Below are positions 1-12,173 of a DNA stretch of 64,000 nt, piece by piece (the stretch's first letter is position 1; each line of letters opens with the position of its first letter). The notes beneath the pieces are model-generated. The model searched no databases, was not told the origin of the DNA, and was given only the letters and a program-made list of their open reading frames with translations. The stretch is from the human T2T-CHM13v2.0 reference genome, Homo sapiens: assembly GCF_009914755.1 (NCBI RefSeq), contig NC_060930.1, one strand, 5' to 3'. The translations under genes were made by a program, and so were the position numbers.

Positions 1-3000
1 GCATCTCTTTCTGGTGGTGATGGCCTGGGACAGACAATGAGTATGAACCAGCAGGGACAGTCAGAAACTCTGAATGCTTCCCAAACTCATCCTGCTTAGG
101 AAGTGCAGAAAGCTTACTGGTTTCTTCTCTTTCAAAAGACATGGAGAAACTGGAGCTGTGGGACAAGTTGCTTTCTTGGCTGGGGCTGCGGGAGAGGCCT
201 GTGCCTGTGGATTCAAAGCTGGACTCCCCTGAGGAGTGCTCCATATCTGCAAGTCGCAGACGCTTCTTTTTGGGTGGCAACTTCTCCGCGGGGAGCTGGG
301 AAAGGGTCTCACTTCTCTGGGGCCACTGAAATTCTTCCACAGGCTTCTCTGGCTCTTTGCTCTGGGCTTCCTTCTCCTTCTCAGGTTTATCAGGCTCCTC
401 GGTCACTCGAATCTCAGGAACCTGGATGTTGTGTTGCCGAACTAGCCTGGGCTGTGTGTGATAGGACTGCTGCTGCACCTGCTGAGATGGAGAGGGTTTC
501 CCCCCACTTTCTGCACCATCCCCAGGTGGAGCCCACTCAGGACTCACTGGGGCTTCTGAAATCTCACTGTCACAAGTCTCTGAAGGGGAAGGGGCTTTAT
601 CCTGTGTGCAAGCCACAAGTTCGGCTGACTCAGACCTTTCAAATGAATTGGGTCGGCTCAGTGAGTTGGTGTGCTGAATCACAGAAATCACATTTCCAGG
701 AGGTTTCCTGCCCCCTAGGTCTGACATCTTGTCTGAATCAATGGCTGAAGGTGACTCCTCTGACACAAGAGATGGACTTCCAGGCTGCAGTTGGGGCCGA
801 CATGGGTCAAAGCGTTCCGTGTGACCATGAGAAAGGTTTTCGTGTCCAGCCATGGCAAATCCACTCCTGACTCCTTCCTGCATCTGCAGTTTGGGGTCAT
901 AATCGGAAGCCATGATGCCCACAGGAGTGCTTACAATGCTGCTGCAGATCATGGGCGTGTCCTCTTCATCCCCTACGCTCTTCTCTTTCCGGCGTTTCCT
1001 GTTTTCACAGGTAGTTCCAAACATGCTTGGTACTCCCTGCAATGGCACCACGGGATCCATGAAATATTCTCCACCATGCTTTAAAGAACTCAAGCAGGAA
1101 ATGTCCCTGTAGTTTTGCTTTGGTGTTTCAGAGTCCTCCCACTTCTTATAGGGTTTCCGACAGACATCATAGTCATACCCAACCCTGTCCCCAGGAGACA
1201 ATTTCTTTTCCTTCAGGGATGAACTGCTGATACCCTTCAACATCCTGCCATGGTGCTCGACTTCCACGTGGCCCTCCTGTACCGAAGGCAGCTCAAATGC
1301 CGCTTGTCTTCTTAGCATGCGCTGAGGGGGTATGCCCACGGTCCCTGGATAGAATACATCGTCGGAACCAGTCATCCTTTCATCAAATGAGTGACTTCCT
1401 CTCAAAGAAGGAGGAATAGTTAGATTAGTTGCTGAAGAAGTTGGCACTGAGTTGCTTCTAATAAGGGGTGAAGAGTCTACAGGAGCTTCTAAGAGAACCG
1501 GGTTGCTGCCTTGGAAGTTTGCTGGATAAAGTTTTCCTTCGTTCCTGATAGATGATGGAATAATCTGGGGTTGTCTGGACTCACTGTTGAACTTAGTGGA
1601 TTTCAGCATGCTCGTTTGACTGGGGTCGACATCTCCCTTGCTTGGGATCAGCTGTGAAACAGGATCTTCAAACATCTTGACATCTAACCTGGTGTTAACG
1701 TGAGGTAATGGTTCCATTATGCCCTTCCTACCCATTGCGGCACGCTCCTGACTTGTGGTTGTAACACTGAGTGCATTTCTCGGACTAAGCCGACAGTATT
1801 TTCCAAAGATGATTTCTTCATAAGACTTTGCATTTGTGTTGGGAGGGCTTATTTGCTGCTCAGCACTTTCTGAGCGAGAAAAGTAACCAGAATCAGTGCT
1901 TCCTTTACTGTGCGGGCTCAGAAGGTTGAGCGATGGCTCAGAATCTTGTCCTTTTTTCTCTGACAGTCTTAGTGCAAGTTTCTGTTTGACTGTGTGCGAA
2001 TCATCAGCCTTAGTATTTAAAGATGGATTTGGTAGCATATCAGGGCCAATATACTGAGAGCTTTCATTAGGGAGAGGAATCCCACTTTTAGGGATAATCA
2101 AAATCGGCACCTTCATTGGACCTCCCAATGATTCTTCCAATGACCCATGATAGCCGCCTCTGCTGGCAATGTCCAGTGGGATGGGTGGACCAGGACTCAT
2201 TTTGTCAGAAGCCTCGGCAAATAAAGAACTCTCCTCATCTGTGTCTGTACTCTGTTCACCATCTGAATGTATTTCTGCTTCTACATCAATAAAACCAGCC
2301 TCTAGGTCCAATTTAGATACAGCTGACTCTGTGAAAGGTACTAATCCTGCCTTAATTGCATGGGCATGTGACTTCCTGTGCTTGTACAAATTGCTCTTTG
2401 TCTTGAAAGAGAAACCACAAGGTATACATGGATATGGCCGCTCCCCAGTATGGGACCTGATGTGTTTTTTCAGTACACTAGGTTTGGCACACGCTCTGCT
2501 GCAGTAAGGGCAAATGTACTTGCCAGGCTTTTTGGGTTTGTGCTCTTTCTTGTGAGCCTCTTCTGCCTGTTCAATACTTTTCTGGGAGTATTGGCTATAA
2601 GCAGGGTTCAGACTTGAAATCTTTTTTCTAGGATAACCACCACTGTGGCCATGTATAGGAAAAGGAAATAAGTCCTCAGAGGCAACGGATGGCAAAGGGC
2701 CAGGGAAAAGCCACGGAGGACCTTCGAGGCTCTGATGTGGCTTGGTGCTGTGCATGACCCCCTGTGGCAATGAGTGCTGAGGGAAAGAGAGTGAGTGTTG
2801 GCATGAGTAAGGACTCGGACGATGCGGTGGATATTGCTTCTCTGCGACTTGCTGCACCACTTCACTAGGGGAGGCCAGTTTCCCAGAACCAAACAGTTGT
2901 GCTGATGCTGTGTTTCCGATTTGCTCAGGCTCTATTTGTGGTTGCCGCTGTCCTTCATGACTGCCAAAAGTGCTCATCTTAATAACAGCTGATTGTTCCT

Positions 3001-3082
3001 GTCTCCATCTACCTGATGCTTTATCAGTTTCTCCAGACCTTGAGGTAGCTTTTTGTCCTAGAGCTGTGTCCCCAGTGTCCAT
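1..3082 (-). CDS. HIVEP2: HIVEP2 / Schnurri-2 zinc-finger transcription factor, N-terminal 1027 codons (3'-partial, continues beyond the left edge)
   Basis: Reverse complement from 3082 reads aaaATGg (strong Kozak) then [26 protein letters not shown]. Segments translated by hand in this frame match human HIVEP2 as I recall it, including the C2H2 pair, [20 protein letters not shown] and HHHQKEM at the edge. Confidence 0.98.
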   Translation of the reverse strand, partial: MDTGDTALGQKATSRSGETDKASGRWRQEQSAVIKMSTFGSHEGQRQPQIEPEQIGNTASAQLFGSGKLASPSEVVQQVAEKQYPPHRPSPYSCQHSLSFPQHSLPQGVMHSTKPHQSLEGPPWLFPGPLPSVASEDLFPFPIHGHSGGYPRKKISSLNPAYSQYSQKSIEQAEEAHKKEHKPKKPGKYICPYCSRACAKPSVLKKHIRSHTGERPYPCIPCGFSFKTKSNLYKHRKSHAHAIKAGLVPFTESAVSKLDLEAGFIDVEAEIHSDGEQSTDTDEESSLFAEASDKMSPGPPIPLDIASRGGYHGSLEESLGGPMKVPILIIPKSGIPLPNESSQYIGPDMLPNPSLNTKADDSHTVKQKLALRLSEKKGQDSEPSLNLLSPHSKGSTDSGYFSRSESAEQQISPPNTNAKSYEEIIFGKYCRLSPRNALSVTTTSQERAAMGRKGIMEPLPHVNTRLDVKMFEDPVSQLIPSKGDVDPSQTSMLKSTKFNSESRQPQIIPSSIRNEGKLYPANFQGSNPVLLEAPVDSSPLIRSNSVPTSSATNLTIPPSLRGSHSFDERMTGSDDVFYPGTVGIPPQRMLRRQAAFELPSVQEGHVEVEHHGRMLKGISSSSLKEKKLSPGDRVGYDYDVCRKPYKKWEDSETPKQNYRDISCLSSLKHGGEYFMDPVVPLQGVPSMFGTTCENRKRRKEKSVGDEEDTPMICSSIVSTPVGIMASDYDPKLQMQEGVRSGFAMAGHENLSHGHTERFDPCRPQLQPGSPSLVSEESPSAIDSDKMSDLGGRKPPGNVISVIQHTNSLSRPNSFERSESAELVACTQDKAPSPSETCDSEISEAPVSPEWAPPGDGAESGGKPSPSQQVQQQSYHTQPRLVRQHNIQVPEIRVTEEPDKPEKEKEAQSKEPEKPVEEFQWPQRSETLSQLPAEKLPPKKKRLRLADMEHSSGESSFESTGTGLSRSPSQESNLSHSSSFSMSFEREETSKLSALPKQDEFGKHSEFLTVPAGSYSLSVPGHHHQKEM
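251..277 (-). other. HIVEP2: Basic NLS / MAPK D-domain-like motif PPKKKRLRL (aa 936-944)
   Basis: Direct translation; SV40-type basic cluster, conserved in the HIVEP family. Confidence 0.8.
2360..2518 (-). other. HIVEP2: ZAS-N tandem C2H2 zinc fingers (aa 189-241), followed by an acidic/Ser-Thr-rich stretch
   Basis: [53 protein letters not shown]; downstream [13 protein letters not shown]. Confidence 0.97.
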
Positions 3083-3105
3083 TTTGTTACACAAGGTCTT
3101 AAGTG

Positions 3106-3423
3106 CTAGTTCCCCTGAAAGCAGTGCAGACTCATGGAGTGTCTCCAAAGCTGTGCTTCTTAAAGCTTGGTTGCTTCCATGTTCCAGGGTGTCTGCAAAC
3201 TTGCTGATTGCTCCTTCTCTTTGGAACCTTCCACACGCACACCACAGTCGATGGGCATTAGCTAGTAATGTCCTTGGACCAGGGCTATAACACAGTTCTC
3301 TCCATTGTAGAAACGTCCATCCAAAAGCTAAGTGCAAATCTATAAAGATTTCTTATGGCATTTGAAAATTTTCAACTAGGATGAAATTGGGATGATGAAT
3401 AGTCTAGGAGAAATTTTGCCCAT
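3106..3423 (-). other. uORFs 3-7 in the large exon: 3423-3376 (15 aa), 3361-3353 (MP*), 3320-3285 (11 aa), 3258-3160 (32 aa), 3135-3106 (9 aa)
   Basis: Hand translation of the reverse complement of 3469-3083. Confidence 0.65.
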
Positions 3424-3896
3424 CAACTAGAGCAAAGTTCAATTGCCAGTTTCACTAAGATAAAATGATCTGAAGAAAAAGAAAATACAAAGAGATTGTC
3501 ATAACAGTTTCAAATAAGAAACCAAAAAAAAAAAACCTAACTAACCAACCAGAAATTAGATAAATTTGAAATGTTTTTTACTCCAAGGAATTATTTTTAT
3601 TGAGATTACATTAATTCCACAATTAAAATATATTAATTTCAAACTCAGCATTAAGTCATGAACATAAGTCTCTTCCATGTTTGAATTTTGGTCACTCTTT
3701 TAAATACTTTTTAACTTTAGAAAACCATTTGAAGGAAAATCCTTGATGGATATTATCTACAAAAGTATAAGGTTTTAGAAAGCCCCATTAAAAAAAAATA
3801 GAGCTATTCCTAACCAAGTTTTATGACTTGTATGCCAAAGTGTATTACATATCTCTATATAGAGATATGTTTTATAGCTTAATACAAACAATATGT

Positions 3897-4280
<384 letters not shown>

Positions 4281-4489
4281 TCATAAAGTATTATATATTA
4301 CTATAAAGTATAACTATATTTTACAGCTTAAAATCAGTGATTAATAAAATGACATCAAGGCTATAAGAATTAGATGTCACAGAACTTTGGAAAAGATAAA
4401 AGGGTGCATCTAAACAAAACAATTATAAAGTCTTCTTAATATAGAAAACAAAGCATATTTCTAGGACAGTTTAAAAACGAAATGATTAC

Positions 4490-4534
4490 CTGAACAGTTT
4501 AGAGTTCTTATGGGCATGATTGTCCTGACGCTTC
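4490..4534 (-). other. HIVEP2: HIVEP2 5'-UTR exon, 45 nt
   Basis: Acceptor tttattttgtatccAG|gaagcg and donor ttcAG|GTAATC. The length agrees with my recollection of the annotated UTR exon structure. Confidence 0.85.
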
Positions 4535-4870
4535 CTGGATACAAAATAAATGCAGTTAGGAAAAATTGTTCCATTAAACCTTACCATCGATATATACAAA
4601 TACAAATTCCAATTTCCAGTTCATTATATAAAGGGTTCACAATGCTATGTACCCTAAAACGAAAGCAAGAAACTGCTTCAGAAAGCATTACACCAGAAAA
4701 GTAAACCTTACACTGACACTGTGACTCAAAAATAACTCAGAGAAAATATTATAAAAACATCATAGTAATATTTTCTAAGACATAAGATTATTATATATGA
4801 AACATCTTAGTTACTTAAATGTAATCAGCCTAGTTCTAATTCCCTAGATATTAAAAGTTGAGATACAGGC

Positions 4871-5175
4871 GTTTTTTGTTTTGTTTTTTTTTGAGATAGA
4901 GTCTCACTCTGGTGCCCAGGCTGGAGTACAGTGGTGCAATCACTGCTCACTGCAGCCTCGACCTCCCTGAGCTCAGGTGATCCTCCCACCTCAGGCTCCC
5001 AAGTAACTGGGACTAAAGGCATGCACCACTACATCCATCTAATTTTTGTATTTTGTTGTAGAGATGAGCTCTTGCCATATTGCCCAGGCTGGTCTCAAAC
5101 TCCTGGGCTCAAGCAATCTGCCCATCTTGGCCTCCCAAAGCGTTAGGATTATAGGTGTGAGCCACCTTGCCTGGA
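4871..5175 (-). mobile_element. Alu (AluJ-like)
   Basis: T-rich tail followed by reverse-complement Alu body. Confidence 0.93.
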
Positions 5176-5702
5176 TGAAAATAGTGGGTTTTTTTTTCTG
5201 ATAGGTTTGAATGTTTATGTTTAAAAGAATAAATTTCCCTTTTAGGAAATTTACATCATAGCAAAGTGAAGGAGTCCTCTAGATGATGGCGTATGGCTCA
5301 GGAAGACTTGACAACTAAGTAATCGTTCAATTTTAAGTGAATACTCAACTTCCTTAGGGGAGTGTTCAATGAGGTACCCAGAGGATTCTGAGAACTTCAA
5401 TGATAAACTGTATCCACTGTCATAGAACCTCAGATGTTTCCTTGATAGGCAATGTGTCCGTTTATCAAAATAAAAAAGATCATACACATTGACCTAGAAA
5501 TTCCACTGCTGGAAATATATCCTTACAGGTGTACTTGCACAAGCGCACACCAATATATATGTACAAGAACCGCTTAAATAAATTATGGCTCAATGATAAA
5601 ACTGAGGCATTTAAAATAAATAAAGTACAGCTATAAGTACCAATATAGAAACTTGTTCAGGGGATAGTAACATTAAATGCAAGAAAAGCTTATTGCACCC
5701 TA

Positions 5703-6102
<400 letters not shown>

Positions 6103-6899
6103 TTATTTTTCTTAACATGAGCATGTTTATCTTTTTAAATAAAACACTAGTTAATAATTTTTTAAAATGCTACCATGCAGATGTACTGCAGATTCCTAAA
6201 GCGAAACTCAAATAGTAGTCTTACTTCCATGGGCAATTTTCTCCCTAACATCGAATTTGACTGTGATGATGATGATGACAGAAGTTGCACTTTGAGAGGG
6301 GAAAAGCACCCGGAAATTCCCACAGGAACGGTAAGTCTTTTGGGTGAGAAATCAGTAGCCCCCAGATATTTGTAGTAAGACATCTGTACTCAAAGATTCC
6401 TTCTGTTAATGGCCATGAAGCCTAAGAGATTTGTAAAGCAGCAGTCAAAATACTAAACAAAGATATTAATCTCAGTTTGCTAAAAAGTTTTGCTATTGGA
6501 TTTAATTTTTTGCTGTGCAATAATTTTCTTTAGCATCCCTCTGCAGGAAATGAGGCAAAAACGAAACACAAATGATAGTCTCATAATATTCCAATGCAAA
6601 TTTCCTTGTGTCAATTCCAGGAACCATGCTAACAAGAAGAAGACACAATGTTGAATCTAAATTGGCTGACTGTGTTTAATTAACTAAATATTTAAGGTTC
6701 ATGTAGACACAACCTCTGCCAGACTTGTAGAGGTAAATAAATACCCTCTAAAATGGAAATATACTACATTTTCAATTCAAGACAAGCATGTATGAATCCT
6801 CAATTAGGACTCAGAGCTTGAAGTGAATAATTTCTAAGTTATTTTTCAGATTTAATATTTTATCATGGTATTGATCTATGTATGCAGTTTCATTGTTAA

Positions 6900-7130
6900 T
6901 TATAACAATGATAATGACTGTCATTTACTATATATTTACCATGGGCTGATACATACTGTTAAAGAGTTTCATATACATTGTCTTATTTTATCTTCATTAT
7001 ACCTCTATGCTAAGGGTATTATTACACCTATTTTACAGTTGAGAATGATTCTTAGAGAGGTTGGGTTTCAGAATCAAAATTCAGATCTAAATTTGGTGAC
7101 TTCTAAGTCTGGGAGGACTCACCACTACTC
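6900..7130 (-). mobile_element. MIR SINE (degenerate)
   Basis: Core attattacacctattttacagttgag resembles the reverse MIR core. Confidence 0.65.
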
Positions 7131-7435
7131 TCCATTAAGTTTTATTACAACTTAAAATAATACATCTTCAATAATATCTTCATCTAAATATTTCCACTTA
7201 ACTTTAATATATGAAATGTCTCAACTTTTAATGGTTCTGAGAGAATATAAATGAGCTCTGCATGTTTGTAGTACAAAAAATGGCCCCAAAATGCCATTTC
7301 CTAGAAATAAAAAAATCCATAATTTAAATAATGTTCAAAATATGTATATTAAGTATTAATGAGAACAGCTTCTTGTAAGACCATAATAAAGTCTCATGCC
7401 AGACTGTTTTCTTTTGTTCTTTGAAAATCATTACT

Positions 7436-7552
7436 TTTATTTTTAGAGGAGGGGGGTCTCACTTTCTTGTCCAGGCTGGACTCAAACTCATGGGCTCAAG
7501 GGATCCTCTGGGCCCTGCTTCCCAAGTAGCTCCTAAGCCACTGTGCCCAGCT
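7436..7552 (-). mobile_element. Alu monomer fragment (FLAM-like)
   Basis: ggtctcact...ccaggctggactcaaactcatgggctcaag...agccactgtgcccagc. Confidence 0.75.
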
Positions 7553-7670
7553 TGGAAATCATTAGTTTTAAGGAAAATAAGAACCTTACAAGTGAAAATC
7601 AGGTATGTATCATTTTCTATCTTTTGGTTGACACAGAATATATAATTTTGCTCAAAACATAAACTTCAGG

Positions 7671-7980
7671 GGCTGGGCATGGTGGCTCATGCCTGTAATC
7701 CTAGCACTTTGAGAGGTGGAGGCAGGTGGATCGCTTGAGCTTAGGAGTTCGAGACCAGCCCAGGCAACATGGCAAAACACCGTCTCTACAAAAAATACAA
7801 AAATTAGCTGGGTATGGTGGCGTGTACCTGTAGTCTCAGCTGCTCAGGAGGCTGAGGTGGGAGAATCACCTGAGCCCAGCAGGTCGAGGCTGCAGTGAGC
7901 TATGATTGCAGCACTGCACTCCAGCCTGGGGAAAAGAGTGAGACTATCTCAAAACAAACAAACAAACAAAACAAAAAACA
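7671..7980 (+). mobile_element. Alu (AluJ-like)
   Basis: Full dimer with (CAAA)n tail; cataaacttca target-site duplication. Confidence 0.95.
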
Positions 7981-10900
7981 GCATAAACTTCAAGTAATAA
8001 GTACATACAATTTTATAAAAAACAGGGTTGGAATAATTTATTTCATAAGTTATTCAATAAAATATAATGTTTTCACTTAGCAATGAGGTAATACCTTTAT
8101 AAATCAGACATTTAATTTTTATGGTATAAAATAATAAAACCATTCTTATACACTAAGGGCATATCATATAGTAAATGCATCAAATAAAATTCAGAAATAA
8201 TATTTTGCTACCAGAGAATACACCAGAAGTTGAAAAAAAGTGACTTACACAAAATTCAAAACCAGATACCTCATGGTCAGAACAAAACATGTCTAGACCA
8301 TTAAGTTAATTGTTTAATTTTTAGGAGAAGGAGGATAATCAGAAAAAAAGTCTTATCTATCACTTTATTTTAAAAAATAATTTTGCTAAGTTTAACATAG
8401 GATCTTTCTATATTCCAACAGCATTTATTATCCAGAAAGTTTTTAAGATTCAAAACATTAACTCAATTATGCAAATAGCTTCTGTCAAGAAAATCTCTTC
8501 CTTTTAAATTTCTAAGACAAGCCTACCCGAGATGCCCCACCATTTTACCAGGAAGCTAGGTGATATCCCACGCCATGCTTTCTCTCCTGGGTTGTGCGGG
8601 AAGAGCTTCCATCTTTGTGCCTAAGCTGGAGGTCCCAGCACTACAGGGACCCCTCCTCTGATCCACAATGTCTAGTTTTTCACTTCAGTGAAAGGCTTAT
8701 TAGGGAACTAGAAATCATGCTTATTTCACATGAACTTTCACATTTGATTTGAAACATATTTGAGGATGTCTTTTTCTCTCCAACACTATCCTTGGGGAGC
8801 CTTTGACTAACTGCTATCCATAAAATCACGTCTCTTCTTGGAGTTTCTGAGACATATAGAGAAAGGTAGGTGGGAGAGAAAGTGAGCGATGGCTTCTTTT
8901 AGAATTTATTGATCATATTTATGAACCATTAAAAATATGGACTATTTGTATTTGTCACTTTTCTACAGCTGCTTTATCCTGGAAACTGAAAAGATTCTGC
9001 AATGGAAATTGTGTGCATCATAATCTATTACTGAACATGGCATGACTTTCTCTTTAAAAACAAGCAGGATTTGGGAGGGTTTGAAAGTTTCTCTGCTACT
9101 CCACTCATGTTATACTGAGGAAAATAAATTCACTTTAAAAACAATAGGGTTTTCAAGATTAGATAATGGCATTTGTCTTGTTTTGTTAGGTGACACTTTT
9201 ACTAAGCAACTTAACTCTTCCAAATGGCATAAATTCTTGAGCTTACATTTTATTACTAAAATGTATAAAAATGCTTATAGATAACAAAACATTTTTAAAA
9301 GTATGTTAGATAAGGAAATCTACATTAAATGAATCATTAAGTCAGGAAAATACTTTCTTTGGACTTCATAACATTATTACAAGTCATTAAATGTACCATT
9401 GTATCTACCTGCAATTTTAGTTTAATTTCTGCAACAGAGATCCACTTAGAACTATAAAGATCTATAGTAATATGGTTAATTATAGCTACAGTATTTCTCT
9501 ATGACTGTGTAGAGTCAATTCATTTTTCAGATTCTCTAATATTTCATTAAAATATATACCAGGTTTCCTAATCAATTGATATATCAAAAAATGCAGTATG
9601 AGAGTAATTCTCATATGAAAACAGCGAGTCGTCACTTTATTCACTGAGATTTCCTTTTATGGTAACCAAACCCACACAAAGTCATTTTTGGCACCCACTG
9701 CCAACAAAGGAGCGGAATTCCAAATACAGTTTTGCATTCACAGTTAAAATTTTCTCTAGTGGGTTTTAAGTGCTATGAAAGGAGTAAGATAATTTACTGG
9801 AGAATAAAACTCAGGGGATATGACTTTGGGTTTCCTGTGGATGCTGCTACAGCCCACAGGAGTCCTCTAGTCAGTAAAGACAGACATTGTCTGGCAGGCT
9901 CATCACACTTTTCAGAGGGGGATCATGTTAAAAAAGAGATTACCTCTGCATGGCTATTTCAGTGGTAATGGAACTAAAGGAACTGAAGCGAAAGAAAATG
10001 ATATTACAGGGAAGAGCAGGCATTCTTCTAGAAGTGTGCCCTCTCCTTTGGCCACTCTTCAGAGTCCCACTCAAATAAGTTTGGCACCCAGTTAAATAAT
10101 TTCCCCAGACAGGGTCCCAAAGGAAAGACACATAAACAGCCTCCTAGATGGACCTCCTCAGAGGTCTCTTCAGGATAACGGCTGGGTGGGATTGGCAGGA
10201 AGACAGGCTTACTCTGCAGAGGAATAAAGACCTACAGTACCCAGGGTTGTCAATCTGGGATCTTTTGCTTAGGAAAACATTATCTCAGAAAAAAACCTTA
10301 CCTCAGGAAATTAATCATTACTTGAGTGGTGGCAAAAGTCAAGTGAGCATTAAATAATGACATCCTAAATAATGACGGTATACAATGACTGGCAGCAAAC
10401 ACGGCTTCTCCACTTCCAACATTTTAATAATAAAACATTTTTAAAAATGTAAATGGTCACTTGGTCTTTTCTTGAGGATTTGGTGGTATGACACTTCTAA
10501 ACATTTCGTCTTTTGTTGAGGATTTGTGGTTTGACACTTGTAAACAAAATACGTGTCTTATGGTAATAATTAGTGAATGACATTTTAGAAGGGACATCAT
10601 TGTATTTGTTATTAAAGTGCCACAGATCAGTTGTAAAATCTTTAAAAAATACATGAACATCTCGGGGCATTGTAGTTGTAACATTGATCCCACGAGTCAC
10701 TTAGACACTCATTGCCCAACCACCGCTCAGAGCATATATGCTCAGAGAGTATGGGATGAGGGGAAAAAGGAACTACCAAGAAAGAAGGCGTGATGAGTGC
10801 CAGAGTCCAGCTGAATAAAGACTTATTTCCACAGGATGATTTTTAAAAAGGTGGCTTCCTGAGAGCCAAATTCATTATAAAGGCTTCTTTTAGTAAAAAT

Positions 10901-11377
10901 TCCCATAACAACCTCAGTTCTCTCCAAAATGAGCAAGTTGTCTATATGGAGAAAACTCTATTATATACAATCCTGCCAAGCAATTCAGAAAACTTTTGGA
11001 GAAAAGTAAAAATACTGTGATGATCATCCTCTAATTTGATGTAATTAAAATCTAATTTGATATTTAAAGCCTAATGAGAAACAAACATATTTTTTCACAT
11101 GGGCTGCAATGCAGGCATCATTGCATATATTTGTAGAGTTTGCCTATTTAGTCAAGATATTTATGACTTATTTTGGCTACAGCATGCTGCTTTTAATATT
11201 TTGTCATACCTTTTAAAATAATTTTTTAAATTGTGATTTCACTTTTCTACTGAGATGTTTTCTCATTATACAGCAAAAGTTATTAGGATTCACTAAGTAG
11301 AGTCTAACATGAAAATAAACTTTGTCAGAAATAAATTCTGTCGAATAATGCTATTTTAATTATAACAATGATAATTA

Positions 11378-11689
<312 letters not shown>

Positions 11690-11856
11690 CTAGTCTACTA
11701 TGAAAAACAAAATACAACAAAACAACACTTTTCTCTCTAGATGGAAAATATATTGTTTCCTCCCTCCAGTTTATATATGAGTCCATAGTAGGCCAAAACA
11801 GCTTTTCAAGTTTAATGTAACAAGAGAGTAAGAATAAATAAATTTTAGTTATTAAC

Positions 11857-11951
11857 CTGTTATCCTCATATCAAAAAACTGCATCACAACCGTCTTTGAT
11901 TTCCAAGATGCCAACTCTCCTCACAGGAACTCATGCACAACTTCTGGGAAT
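11857..11951 (-). other. HIVEP2: HIVEP2 5'-UTR exon, 95 nt
   Basis: Acceptor tcttcttattcatcttttAG|attccc and donor acAG|GTTAAT. The length agrees with my recollection of the annotated UTR exon structure. Confidence 0.8.
11884..11934 (-). other. uORF1 MSSCEESWHLGNQRRL* (16 aa)
   Basis: Translated from the 95-nt exon; its TGA overlaps the ATG of uORF2 (TGATG). Confidence 0.6.
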
Positions 11952-12163
11952 CTAAAAGATGAATAAGAAGATTTAAAAGATGATGACATCTGTAATGAAT
12001 TTAATAAGCACGCTCATTCTTCTTCACTCACAGAACCTGCCTTCCTTTAGGAAAGAAAATTTGGAACTGGATCTCTCAAGAAGCTTTTTTTTTTTGCCCC
12101 CAGGAAAGAATTTCCTTTCTTTTAACATAGTTTAAATCTTTTGAATAAATACTTGTAATTAAA

Positions 12164-12173
12164 GGGAATTCCC
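12164..12173. promoter_or_regulatory. Palindromic NF-kB consensus site GGGAATTCCC
   Basis: Motif match only, about 210 bp upstream of the 95-nt exon acceptor; function not shown. Confidence 0.3.

Larger units (their letters stand above)
1..3469 (-). other. HIVEP2: Very large first coding exon of HIVEP2 (387 nt 5'UTR plus CDS, more than 3.4 kb in window)
   Basis: Acceptor tttgtattttctttttcttcAG|atcatt with AG at 3471-3470. No intron is evident in the reading frame down to position 1. Confidence 0.9.

Noticed and set aside
61-2892. Short minus-strand ORFs 61-312, 715-900 and 2608-2892 as separate genes
   Set aside because: They are alternative frames inside the HIVEP2 CDS, with no independent support.
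103-3290. Plus-strand ORFs 103-870 (255 aa), 2169-2507, 2970-3290 and neighbours
   Set aside because: They are antisense shadows of the HIVEP2 exon with no recognisable domain. Several do not start at a real ATG.
3353-3361. Readthrough of in-frame ATG-CCA-TAA to give a 93-aa extension
   Set aside because: TAA-G is an efficient stop context and the ATG context is weak; CUG initiation is the more plausible route.
6328-6336. Strong plus-strand donor ACG|GTAAGT suggesting an antisense exon
   Set aside because: It is a single motif with no supportable partner exon or promoter.
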